Shown: piece after piece, positions 10,055 to 22,339 of the stretch
Position numbering within the stretch: position 1 is the stretch's first letter
Layout: each line of letters opens with the position of its first letter
The notes under the pieces: generated by a model
The model's input: the letters and a program-made list of their open reading frames with translations, nothing else
The model's database searches: none
What the model was told of the DNA's origin: nothing
Program-made: the position numbers and the translations under genes
NCBI GenBank assembly: GCA_010405405.1
Contig: MU004234.1
Span: 664,993 to 728,992 of the forward strand
Direction of reading: 5' to 3'
Source: Microthyrium microscopicum
Taxonomy: Eukaryota
Length of the DNA: 64,000 bases

Positions 10055-10969
10055 ATGACTTGTCAACTACCAACACCCGTATCTCTTCCTTCGCCCGACA
10101 TCGCGCCACTTGACAGCCGGCCTGTCAAGCGGAAGCGCGCAGAATCACCAGGCATGCCCGCCTTTCCTATCACTCCACCAGCAATGCCCGAAGATCCCGA
10201 CGCAGCTGCTATGCTGGCGCGCGCTGTCCATGTTCTCAGCGTTGAAGCAGCCGCTTTGTCACATGTTTCTCGACTCTACACAACAGATCCCACCGCGCGT
10301 GCCAGCTTATTGCGCGCCGTCGAAGCAGTAGTTGAAGCCACACGAACTCGCAGCAAGCTGGTCGTCTGCGGTGTAGGAAAGAGCGGCTACGTAGGCCAAA
10401 AGATCGTTGCCACCATGAAAAGTCTCGGCGTTCGCGCGAGTTTTCTACACGCAGCGGAAGCTGCTCATGGCGATCTTGGTGACGTTGACGAGGTAAGAAA
10501 ACACACTTGATCCAGAACCACACTCCTCCTATGCTATCGTGTCCGTGACACTATATTCGCATAATGCGCGCCGATTGAATGAATGAAAGACCATTCGTGC
10601 TGATACACAGCTGTACAGACCGATTGCGTCCTCTTCGTCTCGTTCTCTGGCACCACTGCAGAGCTTCGCAACCTCTCCAGCCACTTGCCGCGTTCTACCA
10701 CCGTTCTTGCTCTCACTGCACACCCATCCGCCGACAAGTGCCCGCTGCTCGCCTGCCACGATGGTCCTACCATTCTATTGCCAGCACCGATCCACGAGAG
10801 CGAGGAGTCCACATTCGGCGTATGCGCGCCAACCACATCTACCACTGTGGCATTGGCCGTCGGCGATATGTTGGCCTTGACTGTATCACAAGAACTTCAC
10901 GGCGCGAGAGCAAGTGCAGTCTTCAAAAAGAATCACCCAGGCGGCGCCATTGGTGCGCGAGCCAGGTAA
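10055..10969 (+). CDS. SIS-domain sugar-phosphate isomerase, KdsD/KpsF/GutQ-like, without CBS domains; exons 10055-10492, 10619-10969 (~262 aa)
   Basis: Motifs CGVGKSGYVG, EAAHGDLG, SFSGTTAE, APTTSTT, GDMLA and NHPGGAIG. Confidence 0.9.
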
Positions 10970-11514
10970 TAAAGGTGATGTGTGTTCATGTGAAATACAA
11001 CATGTGAGATACACATCGACTGCGGTGAGGGGATTGAATGGTTGCATATTGTCGTTGAATGCGACCTTTGAGGGACGTACGACCTTGGTGCCGGGCATGT
11101 CATGACTTTTAAAAAAGAGCAGTAACGATCCACTTGTAGTAGCATTCATTGACGGCCATATTATAATTTTAGTTGTAAGCATTCCATGTAGCGAGATGAG
11201 AGTATTCCTCGCCATTTTTTAGACATGTAGTTGAGTTAGAGTCATATGCGCGCGCAAAAAATACCATAAAATCACTATCCCTGCCATCGATCGCTTTTCA
11301 TTCCTCTCGGAGAATGTGAATGATATCAAGCAATGAACAGAATCCATTCAAGCAAACTATATGCATCGTAACAGCGCCCCTGCACCATACAACAAAACCC
11401 AAATGTCCAGCCACCCAGCGTCCATGCATGCATGCAATATAAACAATCTGATCTTATGCAAATTCCACCACCCTCTCTCCTCTTGATGCCTTCCACTTTG
11501 TCACTATCTTTTCT

Positions 11515-13879
11515 CTATACTTCTTTTACATAGTTCGCCGGCACACTCCTCACACTTCGATCCTTCTCAACTTCCGCCCACCCATCCCCATTATCTGGCG
11601 TAATCAGCACAAATCTCTCTCCCTCTTTCATCCCGTGTTCTAGATCCGTGCGTGCTTCATAGTCCCAGATCGCTTCCACGTACTTCAATTTCTTTGCCCC
11701 GCGTTTTGGCGCGACTGCTGGGCCTTTTTTGCGGCCCGGGAGGGCGTGGAGGGAGCCAGAGAGGGAGGCGGCGGAACTGTGCGTGCTGTAGGAACTGTCG
11801 GGGCGAGTAGGTGGAGAGAGAACGGAGGCGCTGGGCGGTGAGCCGATGTGGTCGACGTAGCTGGCGGGGACGAGGCCGGTGCCTGTGGGGGCGCGGACTT
11901 TTATCCAACCGCTGCCATCTGTGGTTGTTAGTGCGGATGTATGGAGAGGAATGGGGAGGGGAGGTACCGTCTGGTTCGAGGATGGCGAGGTCTGCGCCGT
12001 CGTCGACGGAGATTTCGCCGGGGTTGGTGCTGGAGAAGGCGTAGAGCATGCGGCCCTTTTTCTCGGGGGAGCTGGTTGATGATGGTGGACCATGGGAGGC
12101 GGGTGGTGGTGCGATGAGGCGGTGTTTGCGAGGCCCAATGGTCGTGGGCGCCTTTGGTGATTCTTCGTCGGTGTGTGGGAGCGTACTTTGTGATACAGAT
12201 CGAGGAGCGCCGCGGGCGGAGTAGCCGGAGCTGAGGGTGTTCATGGTGTCGCTTCGGTGGAGGGAGTTGTTGTCGCCAGAGATATCGGTGGCGGACCCAT
12301 TGAGTGAGCCCATGGCAGCTTGGGCGGATCCTTGTCTTGATGCTTTTATTTTCTTCTTTTCTTCCTTAGTGAGTTCGCCTGGGCAGTCGGCGGGGACTTT
12401 CATTTCGCACTTGGAGTGGCAGGTGAAGCCGCAGTCGCGACAGCTAAAGCCTTTGGCAGATAGACCCCATATCCGGTCGCCGCAGTAGTCGCAATGTGTA
12501 GGTATCGTGAAAGTTTCTGATTTAAAGTTGTGGTTTCTCGCGCCTATGCTGACGTCTCCGACGGCTGTTGTGATGGTGGAGATCTCTACTTCCGCAGTGA
12601 CCTTTTGTCTTTCTGATTCATGCAGCAATTCTTGTAGTTGAAATACTGCTTTGACTACCTCCACCTCGTCTCGCTTATCCGTTCCGTCTTTTATTGCTTG
12701 GCGTACTTTTCGCGTACTTTCAACTTCTCGTTTTTTATTATCAACGTCTCTTTTTAGTTCTACTAACTGGCTCTTGCTCTTGAGTAGAACATTTCGGAGA
12801 AAATTCTTAGCGGACTCGTCAATTGCAATAGTAGGTTCATCGTGCCAGACCGGGCTGGGTTCAAAAGCCATGTCTGGCGGCACACCAGTACTACCCGCAT
12901 TATGTCGCGCAAACATGAGGCTGTCTAGATGCGGGACGTTTCGAGGTATTTCTGCGGTAACGTGATCCATGTATTCGATGCTTCTTTTGAGTGTATCCTT
13001 TTCTATCTTGGCAGCCAATAGCCAGTATGCGTTGAGTTTGTCGACTCTGGATTCATTAAGATCTTGTAAGCTCTACTCGTGGTTAGATAGTAACTAGAAA
13101 AGATTATTTAGAGCCACGTACAGATAACAAATCAGGAACGTAATGACCGTAGTACATTTCTTTCTGTTTGTTCGTGACGTTTATGGAGATTATGTATGTA
13201 TTCTGCAAATCGTTAGCGGTTTCCCCGAGTGATCCAAAGTCCCCTTACTTTGACGTTGTGCATTTCGCTCATTTGCTGTTGGTAAGCAACCTGACCTCTT
13301 TGGCTGCCGTCACTCTTCTTTCTTTTATTTTCCACTTCCTGGCAGACCGAGTCATATTTTCCCTTCATCTTCTTAAGGTCGGCGTATGACGAGTCTCGTT
13401 CCTTTTCCAATTTCGTATTATAATCAAAATGCGCCTTGCGCAGTTCTTCGTAGCGGTTCGCATGATTTCGCAAGGGATCGGCGAGGTTTCTGATGAGATT
13501 CGCCGAGAATCCTTCGTGTTCATTTGCTCGTTGCTCAAGCGCATTCAACTGTGTAGTCCATGTAGCCATTGAAGCGCTGCGACTTGTCAGTCCAAAAGTT
13601 GCGCCCAAGCTGCCCAACTCACCTTTCTAATGATCCGGGAGTGACCGCTGGAGTCTCGCCGACACTCAGTATGCTGGCCTTTTTACCCTTCTTCTCATGG
13701 TATCTTTTCGCCAATGCGCTAAGCTTCTGTGCATATTCCTTCTCGATCAAGGCTCGATCGCGGAAGAACTGTTGTATTTCATCCAGCCAGGTAATGCCGC
13801 CTGCTACCCAGGAGTTCACCGGCCGGAATGCATCTTTCAGCTCGGCGCCAAAGTTTGGCGCCGATTCAGCTTGAGCCAT
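11515..13879 (-). CDS. BZZ1: F-BAR / C1 / SH3-SH3 endocytic actin regulator Bzz1 (multi-exon)
   Basis: N-terminal F-BAR (FFRDRALIEKEYAQKL), C1 domain (HNFKSETFTIPTHCDYCGD...CRDCGFTCHSKC) and two SH3 domains (GLVPASYV, VPANYV); ORF pieces are joined by short introns. Confidence 0.93.
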
Positions 13880-14495
13880 GATAGAGGTAAGAGGCCTAAG
13901 GCATGCGTGGGCATGCGAGCGTGCGAAGAGGCGGAATGGCTGTTGCTTGGTTGGCCCTCTATAGCCACGTCATGAGCCACGGCTTTCCAGTGATATAGAC
14001 GACGTTGATGATGAGTTGGATGCCCAGTTGATGTTAGGCACCGAGAGTACGGTTCTCGGCGAACCCAGTCGCAAGGCAAGGCTGATAGATGTCTGATTTC
14101 TGTGGGGAACGGGGTTACGAAATATGCGACGCGCAGGGCTTGGCTTGTAGCGGATGGAGAGCCGGTTTTGCGGGAGTAGGGTGCGATGGAGTAAATGAGA
14201 TCACTTCTATGTGACAATTGGACAAGTGAGCGATGTACAGTAATTGAATAGCTTGAGCAGCTCTGAAGTACTACTGAAGAAAGGCGACGGTTCACACTTG
14301 AAGATGGCTTAGGCCTTCCAGTTTAGGCTAGCGCACAAGCGGGTTCAATATTGTTTACTAAGCAGCCTGCTCGAACTACATCTTGATGCCTTCAATGTTC
14401 CATCTTCTATCACGCCGCAGCCAACAGCACGAATTCTTCTTCAAGCTATCAAATCAATAGCTAGTACACGTTCTGCATCTCCACTCTCTCGCTGT

Positions 14496-17030
14496 TTAGG
14501 TCAAAATCCAATCACGATCTTTGGAGTAGGTTGCCCTGGCAAAAGCCAGCTCTCCAGGGCCCTCTATCCACAGTTGCTTCTCAAGTGCCTTGTCCATTGC
14601 CTTAATTGAAGCAGCATGAAGAGCTGGGGAGACCTTGATCACGAACGCAGCACAGATAGGTGTTGCGAAAATCTGGTCTGACGAACGATTCCCGAAAAGA
14701 AGCAATGCAGTAGCACTGAAACTGTGCGATTGCTCATCGTCTTGACTGAACATGAGAAATATCTGCGAATGCTTGTCGCTTTGACTAGGTGGCAGTATCT
14801 TGTACGTGTTATAGAAATGTGAACAACTCTTGGTCCATTTGTGGTTATATGCCACCTTGTCCTTATGGTCTTCTGTGCGCACTTCAATGCCATACCAAGT
14901 ACCATTTTGATCGCGAAGCCAGAATAATTGCCAAATGGGAGGAAAAGGCCGATTCTCAGGCATGAAAACCTCCAGACACGACGCTCTGCATTGCAGGCCA
15001 TCTTCATAAAAATGGGCAGTATCTGTTTTCTGATTAAGCGTGATGTAGTGTTCCAAGGCGGGCAACCCGAGCTTGGAACTCATAAAACTTCGAGGCGCCC
15101 ATCGATAAGGACTGTCTTCCAGTTTGTTGCAGGTGATGTCAAAAATCACGTTTCGAGGAACTCGTTTGACCGTATCCCAGAAAAATTGCATTCGTCTATT
15201 CTTCTCGGTTGCCATCATCTCTTCAGTAGAATATCCAAGAAGTGTGAAGAGACAAATTGGCTCGTCCGTTGGCTGGCTGGTGGACCGGAATTGCAGCGCC
15301 CAGGAAAGAACCACAAGCTTCTGGCTTGTGGACCATGCTTTCTTATCATCTCGAAAGAATCGCAACGATTGAAAATGACGCAGGATTGATGGTGCGATTG
15401 TGAGTGTCGTTGACACTTGTGGTTGAGACTGCAGCCGATCAATTCCAGCCTGTATATCGTAAGCCCCATCAGCAAATTGAAAGAACAGCCGTTCGGCAAG
15501 TGCACCCTCCTGAAAAGTCCAGAGTCTGCTATTCCACCGACAGCTGAAGATTCTTAGAAGAACATCTCCATCAAGCAGCTGCCTGTGTTTGTTGACCTGC
15601 AGAGCCGCGTCCAGCACCAATACGGCGCGTGCGTTCTCATAAGTCCTCCTCATGAGCCCGATCGCCTTGTCCTGATACTTGTTGTCTTCGACAGGACAGC
15701 AGATGGTATCCAACCAAAATGGCATAATTCTGGTTCTACTCTTAACCGGCAGGCTTTGAACCATCTCACTGATCTTTTGAACCTGACAGCTGTACATCGC
15801 GTTCTCATTCGGGTTTCCGAGCCCTTGAGACCAAACGTGTGATACCGCCACATAATCCTGTAGGTTCTGGTAGGCTTTAAGGCTCAGTTTGTCAGCCTGG
15901 CCACCCATTGGAGTCGGAAGAATCAAGGGGAAGGTATCCTGATCGAATATCTCTCGCAATCTTGCTGCATCTGCAACTAAATCCATACAGTTATTGCACT
16001 CATCAGTGTGCACTCTTTGATAGCTTCCTTCCTTTATGATGCTGAATTTACACTGGTCGTGAGAACATGACCCGTGATCTGCCCTGTCTGGCTGCTGAAA
16101 GTTGCTAATTTTTATCAAAGCAGAGATGCTGAACCTTTGAATGAGCTGCCAAACCTGATTTGGACACCAACCCTTCTCAACCATTTGCTGGATAAAGGGA
16201 CTGTCCCAGCCAATTTGCTTTTGTCCATTATATAGCAGATGACCTGATGACGCAGACTTTCTCTGAGACTCCGAGCTCCACTCTGACGAATGCCAAATGG
16301 TCGCCGCCGGCACAAGAGCATTCATTGCTAACTCGTGGACCAAATCGATCGAGTCTCTGAACTCAGGGCCCAGTGGATCGCTGAAAACCCACCTGTAGTT
16401 GCTGATGTAGGACCTCAAAGATTCGATCCTGTTAGGATCGACTCCACACCAGCATTCAGACCCCGATCGGAACCACTGTGATCTATATCCTTCCGGGAAC
16501 GTTTTAGTGCCGTGTCGAATATCGCGCTCAAGGGACTGAAAGAAAGCAGATTGTTGACTTTTAGTGATGATCGTTTTTGTACCAAATACTTTATCGACGC
16601 CTAGGAGAACGTCCAACTCTACCTGCTCGTTCTCTGTACTCATATTTTGAAATGGGGTTATCCAGTATCTTTGATCTGTGCTTCTTTCGACAATGCCGTA
16701 CAATCTCTTAGCTACCACCAGAAGCTTTGTTGTGTCAATAACCAGTTTTGACGAAGAACTCTCTCGCCGAGAAAGATCCTTGATCTTAAGACTATCCGTT
16801 GGACGAAGAGAAAAGAAAACCGAAATGAAGGCGAAGTATCGCCAGGTCAGGAGAAAGGCTCGAAAGTCGTCCGATGGTGCCTTAAAAATTGCAGCCCATT
16901 TTGATATAGGTCTCGGCCCCCAGCCTGCTCTTTCGGGATATCCTTCAATCGTACCTCCATCGAAATCAATAGTAGAAAGACAAGGAATGGTGAATGCATG
17001 ATATTTCCTCAAAGGTAGCAAATGGTCCAT
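14496..17030 (-). CDS. HET-domain (heterokaryon incompatibility, TIR-like) protein, intronless, ~844 aa from MDHL (an upstream ATG exists at 17081)
   Basis: HET blocks YVAVSHVWSQGLGN, FWLDTICCP, MRRTYENARAVLVLD and WNSRLWTFQEGAL; upstream GWCP and H/C-rich motif. Confidence 0.9.
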   Translation of the reverse strand: MDHLLPLRKYHAFTIPCLSTIDFDGGTIEGYPERAGWGPRPISKWAAIFKAPSDDFRAFLLTWRYFAFISVFFSLRPTDSLKIKDLSRRESSSSKLVIDTTKLLVVAKRLYGIVERSTDQRYWITPFQNMSTENEQVELDVLLGVDKVFGTKTIITKSQQSAFFQSLERDIRHGTKTFPEGYRSQWFRSGSECWCGVDPNRIESLRSYISNYRWVFSDPLGPEFRDSIDLVHELAMNALVPAATIWHSSEWSSESQRKSASSGHLLYNGQKQIGWDSPFIQQMVEKGWCPNQVWQLIQRFSISALIKISNFQQPDRADHGSCSHDQCKFSIIKEGSYQRVHTDECNNCMDLVADAARLREIFDQDTFPLILPTPMGGQADKLSLKAYQNLQDYVAVSHVWSQGLGNPNENAMYSCQVQKISEMVQSLPVKSRTRIMPFWLDTICCPVEDNKYQDKAIGLMRRTYENARAVLVLDAALQVNKHRQLLDGDVLLRIFSCRWNSRLWTFQEGALAERLFFQFADGAYDIQAGIDRLQSQPQVSTTLTIAPSILRHFQSLRFFRDDKKAWSTSQKLVVLSWALQFRSTSQPTDEPICLFTLLGYSTEEMMATEKNRRMQFFWDTVKRVPRNVIFDITCNKLEDSPYRWAPRSFMSSKLGLPALEHYITLNQKTDTAHFYEDGLQCRASCLEVFMPENRPFPPIWQLFWLRDQNGTWYGIEVRTEDHKDKVAYNHKWTKSCSHFYNTYKILPPSQSDKHSQIFLMFSQDDEQSHSFSATALLLFGNRSSDQIFATPICAAFVIKVSPALHAASIKAMDKALEKQLWIEGPGELAFARATYSKDRDWILT

Positions 17031-17402
17031 TCTCCCTTGCGGTCGTTTTAGAAGGAAGCAGGCAATGTGGTAACTTTTCATCCTACCACTTCATTTGGCA
17101 TCAGAGTCACACAAATATCACAAATTTGTAGCTGTCAGCTCTTGTGCGACGGAACAACCGTTATATTCCTCTTGTGAAAACAGTACGGACTGTACACGCC
17201 CTTTGAAAGGCAGTGATAACACAAACAACCATGATAATGGGCATGGCAAAGACAAGCTGTTGGACAGAAACCTGAACCACAACACTAAGAATAAAACGGC
17301 TATCCATTATCTTTTGACACTCTAATGAAATCAATCCAAATGTTGCTATATCTTCATATAACGGCATTATGGCCGCTGATGTGCGGCATAACATTCATCA
17401 GG

Positions 17403-18461
17403 ATGTCACTCTTAAACGCAGCGAAGAACTGGGCACCGTTCAAAATCAACGCTCTAGGCATCATCACTCTGGTCGGGGCCGATCCTTTGCGCGCATCTCT
17501 TGCTAGACTTGTGCCTAGCAAGTTCGAGTATCTTCCCCTGTTTGCCTCCCAAATCTTTGTTGACAATACGATTACCGCAAGCGTGCCTGGCTTTACACTC
17601 TATAACATCACGGACGGTATTCTTTCAACTGATCTAAGCACATGGTGGGCACGATGGCTTTTATGCCAGGAGATAACTTTTAACACTACCAAGTTTGATA
17701 TTGATAGCATTGATAAGCCAAGATCATCTTCAACTATAATCTGGATTGTTACAATAGTTGCTAGCTTGCTTGCTAATGCATGCTTGATTGTCGTGCCGTT
17801 TCTCATGGGTGATTGGTATGGATTAGCCGCATCAGTGTCACTAATTGCTACTACTCTCACACGTAACTACATGCTTGTCTCACTTCGACAGTCAGTGGAT
17901 CGACTGGTATCAAGGGCTGATAATCAGGCAACACCAGTCAAGCTTTTATTGGTCCTGCCAAGTAATCGCATGGTCACAATCTACACAACGCGTGGAATTA
18001 CGACCGAAGTTCTGCTCACGGAGGCAACTCCAAGTAATGAACGACTATACTCATTGGCTCGAGTCATGACTTGGATTGCATCTGGCATACTTGTGGTTTG
18101 CCTAGGTTCAGCATGCTTAGCAGTTCAACTGATCATAATCTCCACGACCGTTGGGGCCACAGTGGCTGTTACTCAGCAGGTTGGATGCGACGAACATCAT
18201 ATTGGAACAAAACTGGAAATCAAACAACGAGTACATGAGGGCGGTGAAAGTCGAAAGCATGTATACGTACAACTCGATCTGAATGCCGAACAGGAAGCTG
18301 CCCTACTGAGTTGGCATTTCATGCCTATGGAGTACAATAAACACTGGTGGACGGCATATCGTGGCCTTGTAGAAGAATATCGCGAAGACACAGCGAAGTC
18401 AGAAAGGGTTACCACCAATGGTAATGAGGGTGAGACCGGGTCGAGAGAGGGATCTTCCTAA
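17403..18461 (+). CDS. Multi-pass membrane protein of unknown function, divergent from the HET gene
   Basis: Long intronless ORF (start probably MSLL at 17403; upstream ATGs exist) with about 4-5 hydrophobic helices. Confidence 0.8.
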   Translation: MSLLNAAKNWAPFKINALGIITLVGADPLRASLARLVPSKFEYLPLFASQIFVDNTITASVPGFTLYNITDGILSTDLSTWWARWLLCQEITFNTTKFDIDSIDKPRSSSTIIWIVTIVASLLANACLIVVPFLMGDWYGLAASVSLIATTLTRNYMLVSLRQSVDRLVSRADNQATPVKLLLVLPSNRMVTIYTTRGITTEVLLTEATPSNERLYSLARVMTWIASGILVVCLGSACLAVQLIIISTTVGATVAVTQQVGCDEHHIGTKLEIKQRVHEGGESRKHVYVQLDLNAEQEAALLSWHFMPMEYNKHWWTAYRGLVEEYREDTAKSERVTTNGNEGETGSREGSS

Positions 18462-18749
18462 GCCTAGGTGGTCTTCAAGGTTACGCGAACTGGTTTTCTA
18501 GTCCTCCAGCCTCAGGGAATTCAATAGAAGCCAAAATGCATAAAATCAGGTCCATAGTACATAAACAAAGCTGAACATAGCATTTGTTTTGTATCTACAG
18601 AAGTCTTAACAGATGAAAGCATTCATCGAAATGAGTTGCTCCTTCTCAGAACCCGACTTACTTGAGTTAGTATGTATGGGTTGATGGTTGAGACTTTATA
18701 TATTAAGAGGAAAGCAAAATCACTCCCATGATGACGGATGGTGCTCTTC

Positions 18750-20395
18750 TCACGCGTCCTTCACCTTTCGTTTTGGTCGCTTAAAAGCTGGCTTTATACC
18801 CTTATACTCTGCTCTAGTTCTCTTCTTCGACGACGGTTCCGAAGAATCAAACTTCTTATTATCTTTCGTGAATTCTGAGCCTTTGGCAGGAGCTTTTCGA
18901 GTGATCATGTCCATCGCGTGCACAACTTCCTTTTCGCCCTGCTGCACGAAATAATATGGGAACCCCGGCGCGTAGGGAAGAGTTCTTCTATGCCTATAGC
19001 TTGTCTTCATCATATCTCGAAAACGCTGACCTGTAGCATCTGGCGAGCTAAGAAATCTCATCAGCATCCAATTAGTCTCAAACGACTCTGCTTGTAAATG
19101 TACTGATAGTGCACTCTGACCTTCTCTATCCAAGGATCTTCTTCTTCGGGGCTGATGTATGTGTGATCGCCAGTGTATGCAGCCGGCCAGAACTTTGGGT
19201 CGTCTGCAACGATCTGCTGAGACGGAATATTGTTACTGTTAACGTTGAGAACTACAGTGTGATCGTCAATCGTCAGAAAGGCCCAGGGCTAGAAGCTCGT
19301 TAGTATGTTTTTCTTTTGTAAGATACTCCAGGACCAGCGCTGCACTTGATAAGGCCGCTGTAGAAGCAAATGGCAGGAAAGGAAAACTCACATCTTCTAA
19401 TGTGGTAATACCGAAGTGTTTCAATACCGTCTGGTCCTTCTCTGTCAGATTAGGGTCTTGTGCATATATATCGACATTCTTTGTTCCTAAATCCTGAAGT
19501 ATTTTTCCAGTTACCCAAATTGCAGCGTACTGACTTATGTCTTCAAAACGAAATCCTCGCGTATCCGACGAATTTTGAGCTGAACCATAAGAGAAAACCA
19601 TAGACCCCAGAGCAAGACCAACTACTTCTGTCGGCACGTATTGCATATTACTCAACTCTTCCTTAACTGCTGCGGCTATTTCTCCGCTTCGCCAAATGTC
19701 CGCTTGATTTTCGAACTCTGCGATAATTTCTTTTACTGTCACTTTGTCTTCGAAAGGGGTCGCGATATCTCGAATTTCTTGCCGGCCAATTTGCAGCGGT
19801 GGATACTCGAAGATTCCGTGCTTAACATATATTTCAATCACCTCGATTGGCGTGTATATAAATCTTGGTACACAATCCTTACGCAGGTCGTCTGGCCAGT
19901 CGTTGACATCAAACTCTTCTATTTCACCATTCCAAGAGACGAATCTAACAAGTTCGGTACCCTGTGCCAGCTGGCTCACTGCACTTTACAGTTGGTCTGT
20001 TGGAAATAAAGGGTTAATTTCTGAATAGCGTTTCCGTATCTCTTGTAGTTTTCCTTTGCATAGGTCATCCAGACCCTCTTCATCTGAGCCATAACAGTGG
20101 GAATTGGAAGTCTTGTTTTGCGTTGCTTCCTCTGTTTCTATTTTGATTGCCTGTTTATCAAATGCAACTTCTACCTTTTTCTCTGCTTCTTCACTTGCTT
20201 GTTTATCCGAATTCTCGTCGGCAGTATCGCAGAAGACACTCGAAGAATCATCGTCTGTCGTGTGAGATTGGTTTTCACTGGCATGCTTTTCCTGTTTTTT
20301 TTTGGTTACTCGTTCGCCACTGTCTGAGTCGTCGCCTATTGAATCATTAGTCGACTGTCAATGAACATTTGATTATCGAACTTACCAGAGGCCAT
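18750..20395 (-). CDS. SRR1-like domain protein (multi-exon)
   Basis: ATG GCC TCT G|GTAAG first exon; VVGLALGS, SQYAA and IYAQDP motifs; after intron 19391-19289 the frame reads PWAFLTIDDHTVV...QIVADD. Confidence 0.72.
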
Positions 20396-22339
20396 GGCTT
20401 CCTAGGTTGTGCTTGATAGGGCTTTGATATTCGTGATCACGGTACAGTTGATACGATACCTATCTACGACGGACAAATCTTTACCGTACAAAATAGACAA
20501 TTGTTACGGGTACTTCGCAAGGTGGAAGTATTGTATGAATAAGCTCAACATCGTTGAAGACTGACTCAACCACTTTGATTCACTTGCCCAACTCAATCAT
20601 GCAGCTTTATGAGAAAAGCTTTTAGAGCTGTGAGCAACAAAGAAGATTCATTGTACATAGCCCAGTTTTATATAATACTTTCTATCAATGGATGATGGGA
20701 GCTCAGGTTCAGATAATCTTTTCAGCACAATGCTGTATAGCACAAAGAGTTGTACTTAGTACCAAAATCTTAACCTGAAGAATCCTAAAGTTATTTGGGC
20801 AAAGAAAAGCGCGTGGCGGCAGAAGCCGGGGGTATCTTAAATCACCAGAAGTATTCCTCCGACGCCTAGAATCGTGTTTTGAATGGTACCTGACTCAACC
20901 GTGAAATTTGATGCCTTGTGGAGCGAAATACGCTAAACCCCAGATATTTTCGTTGCTTTAGTTTTATAATACTCTTTGTACAGAATACCGAAAGTATGGA
21001 AATGATTCGAATCAAGAATATATAGCATTGTCTACAGACTACAACAAATAAAGAATATCTAGTGCGGCCAAGAAAGCCTCATACTTTTAGTATCACGTTG
21101 ATCGTACATGAATCTGGACGTTAGTAAACCCAAAAATTCTCTGAATACGAGCGCCTCCAGATGAGGACTCAATTGGGGCAACGACTTATCTCATCGTAAT
21201 CAAATATCCATGTCTTCTGGTATTCCTAGATATAGAAATTCTTGCGGTATGATGAAGAAGGCGATTACAGCTTAGGGCAGCAGATAATCGGCAGCTAGAC
21301 CGATCGGACGAGGAATAAATTTAGTTCGTCATATAACTTACTCTCTGCAATGTCAAGTTTAAATCTTTGTTCAAAATTAGGAGTTGTCTGTGTGTTTTTG
21401 GAAAAGGAACATGAAATCCGGATCGCCACATACAATGGTTCAATTTGAAATCAAAGCGCCGTAGAAGATCACAAGAAGTTAGCATTCTTGCGTATATGTA
21501 TCAGGAACACAGTGGTCAAGTGCATTCAAAATCGCCCGCCCAGGGGAAGCAGGGCTAGTATGAACAACCTATATTATATCGGCCGCATCACGGTGTAATA
21601 CGGCTTCAGATGCTCTGTATCGTGTAACTATCAGGGCAAGTTTTGATATTCATTGCGAGCTACCTAGACTATTACTTCTCTCAATGAACATCATTATTCG
21701 GACGTTCTTGAAGGCCATCATCTTCTACTGATCGCTATCCCCTGGTAGAAACCATATGGTTCTCGAAAACAAACCCCAGCCCAAAGATACTGTAATGATG
21801 AGCAACGAGCAGTATGCTTTTATCACTTGTTTTTCTGGCAGACTCACAATACATAAAGATCTCAAAAACCTGCTTTCTATGGCCCCCAAATAAGGTTAGA
21901 GTTCCTATAATATCCGGTTGCAGATCATTCGACAGTGTTGATATTGATCTGGGGCTAAAAGACGTTCGGCATCTAATTGAAGAGCTTAAGCTTTAAGCTA
22001 GTACTCAGGAACAGATGGAGATATTCGTTATGTGATCAATGCATGGTTTGACACGTCGGATTCGTAACCGCACTTCAATTGCAAAGATCTAAAGCTGCCT
22101 ACTTCGTGTGAGCTAGTCTTGCAAGCGTATCGCACCCATGATAGGTAGTCTCATTTACGAATGTTCACCGTTAAGTGTAGCTTTGCGGGGACTATTACGT
22201 CTGTCTCCACTTGCTGGTATCGATGTATTGTTATAGGGTTATAAGAAGAGCAAGCAGTATGGTATCGGAAGTAAAAGCGAATCAAGTACCTCTCCAAAAC
22301 CACACTTTCTTTTGATATTCACTCCTTTGACAACCAACC

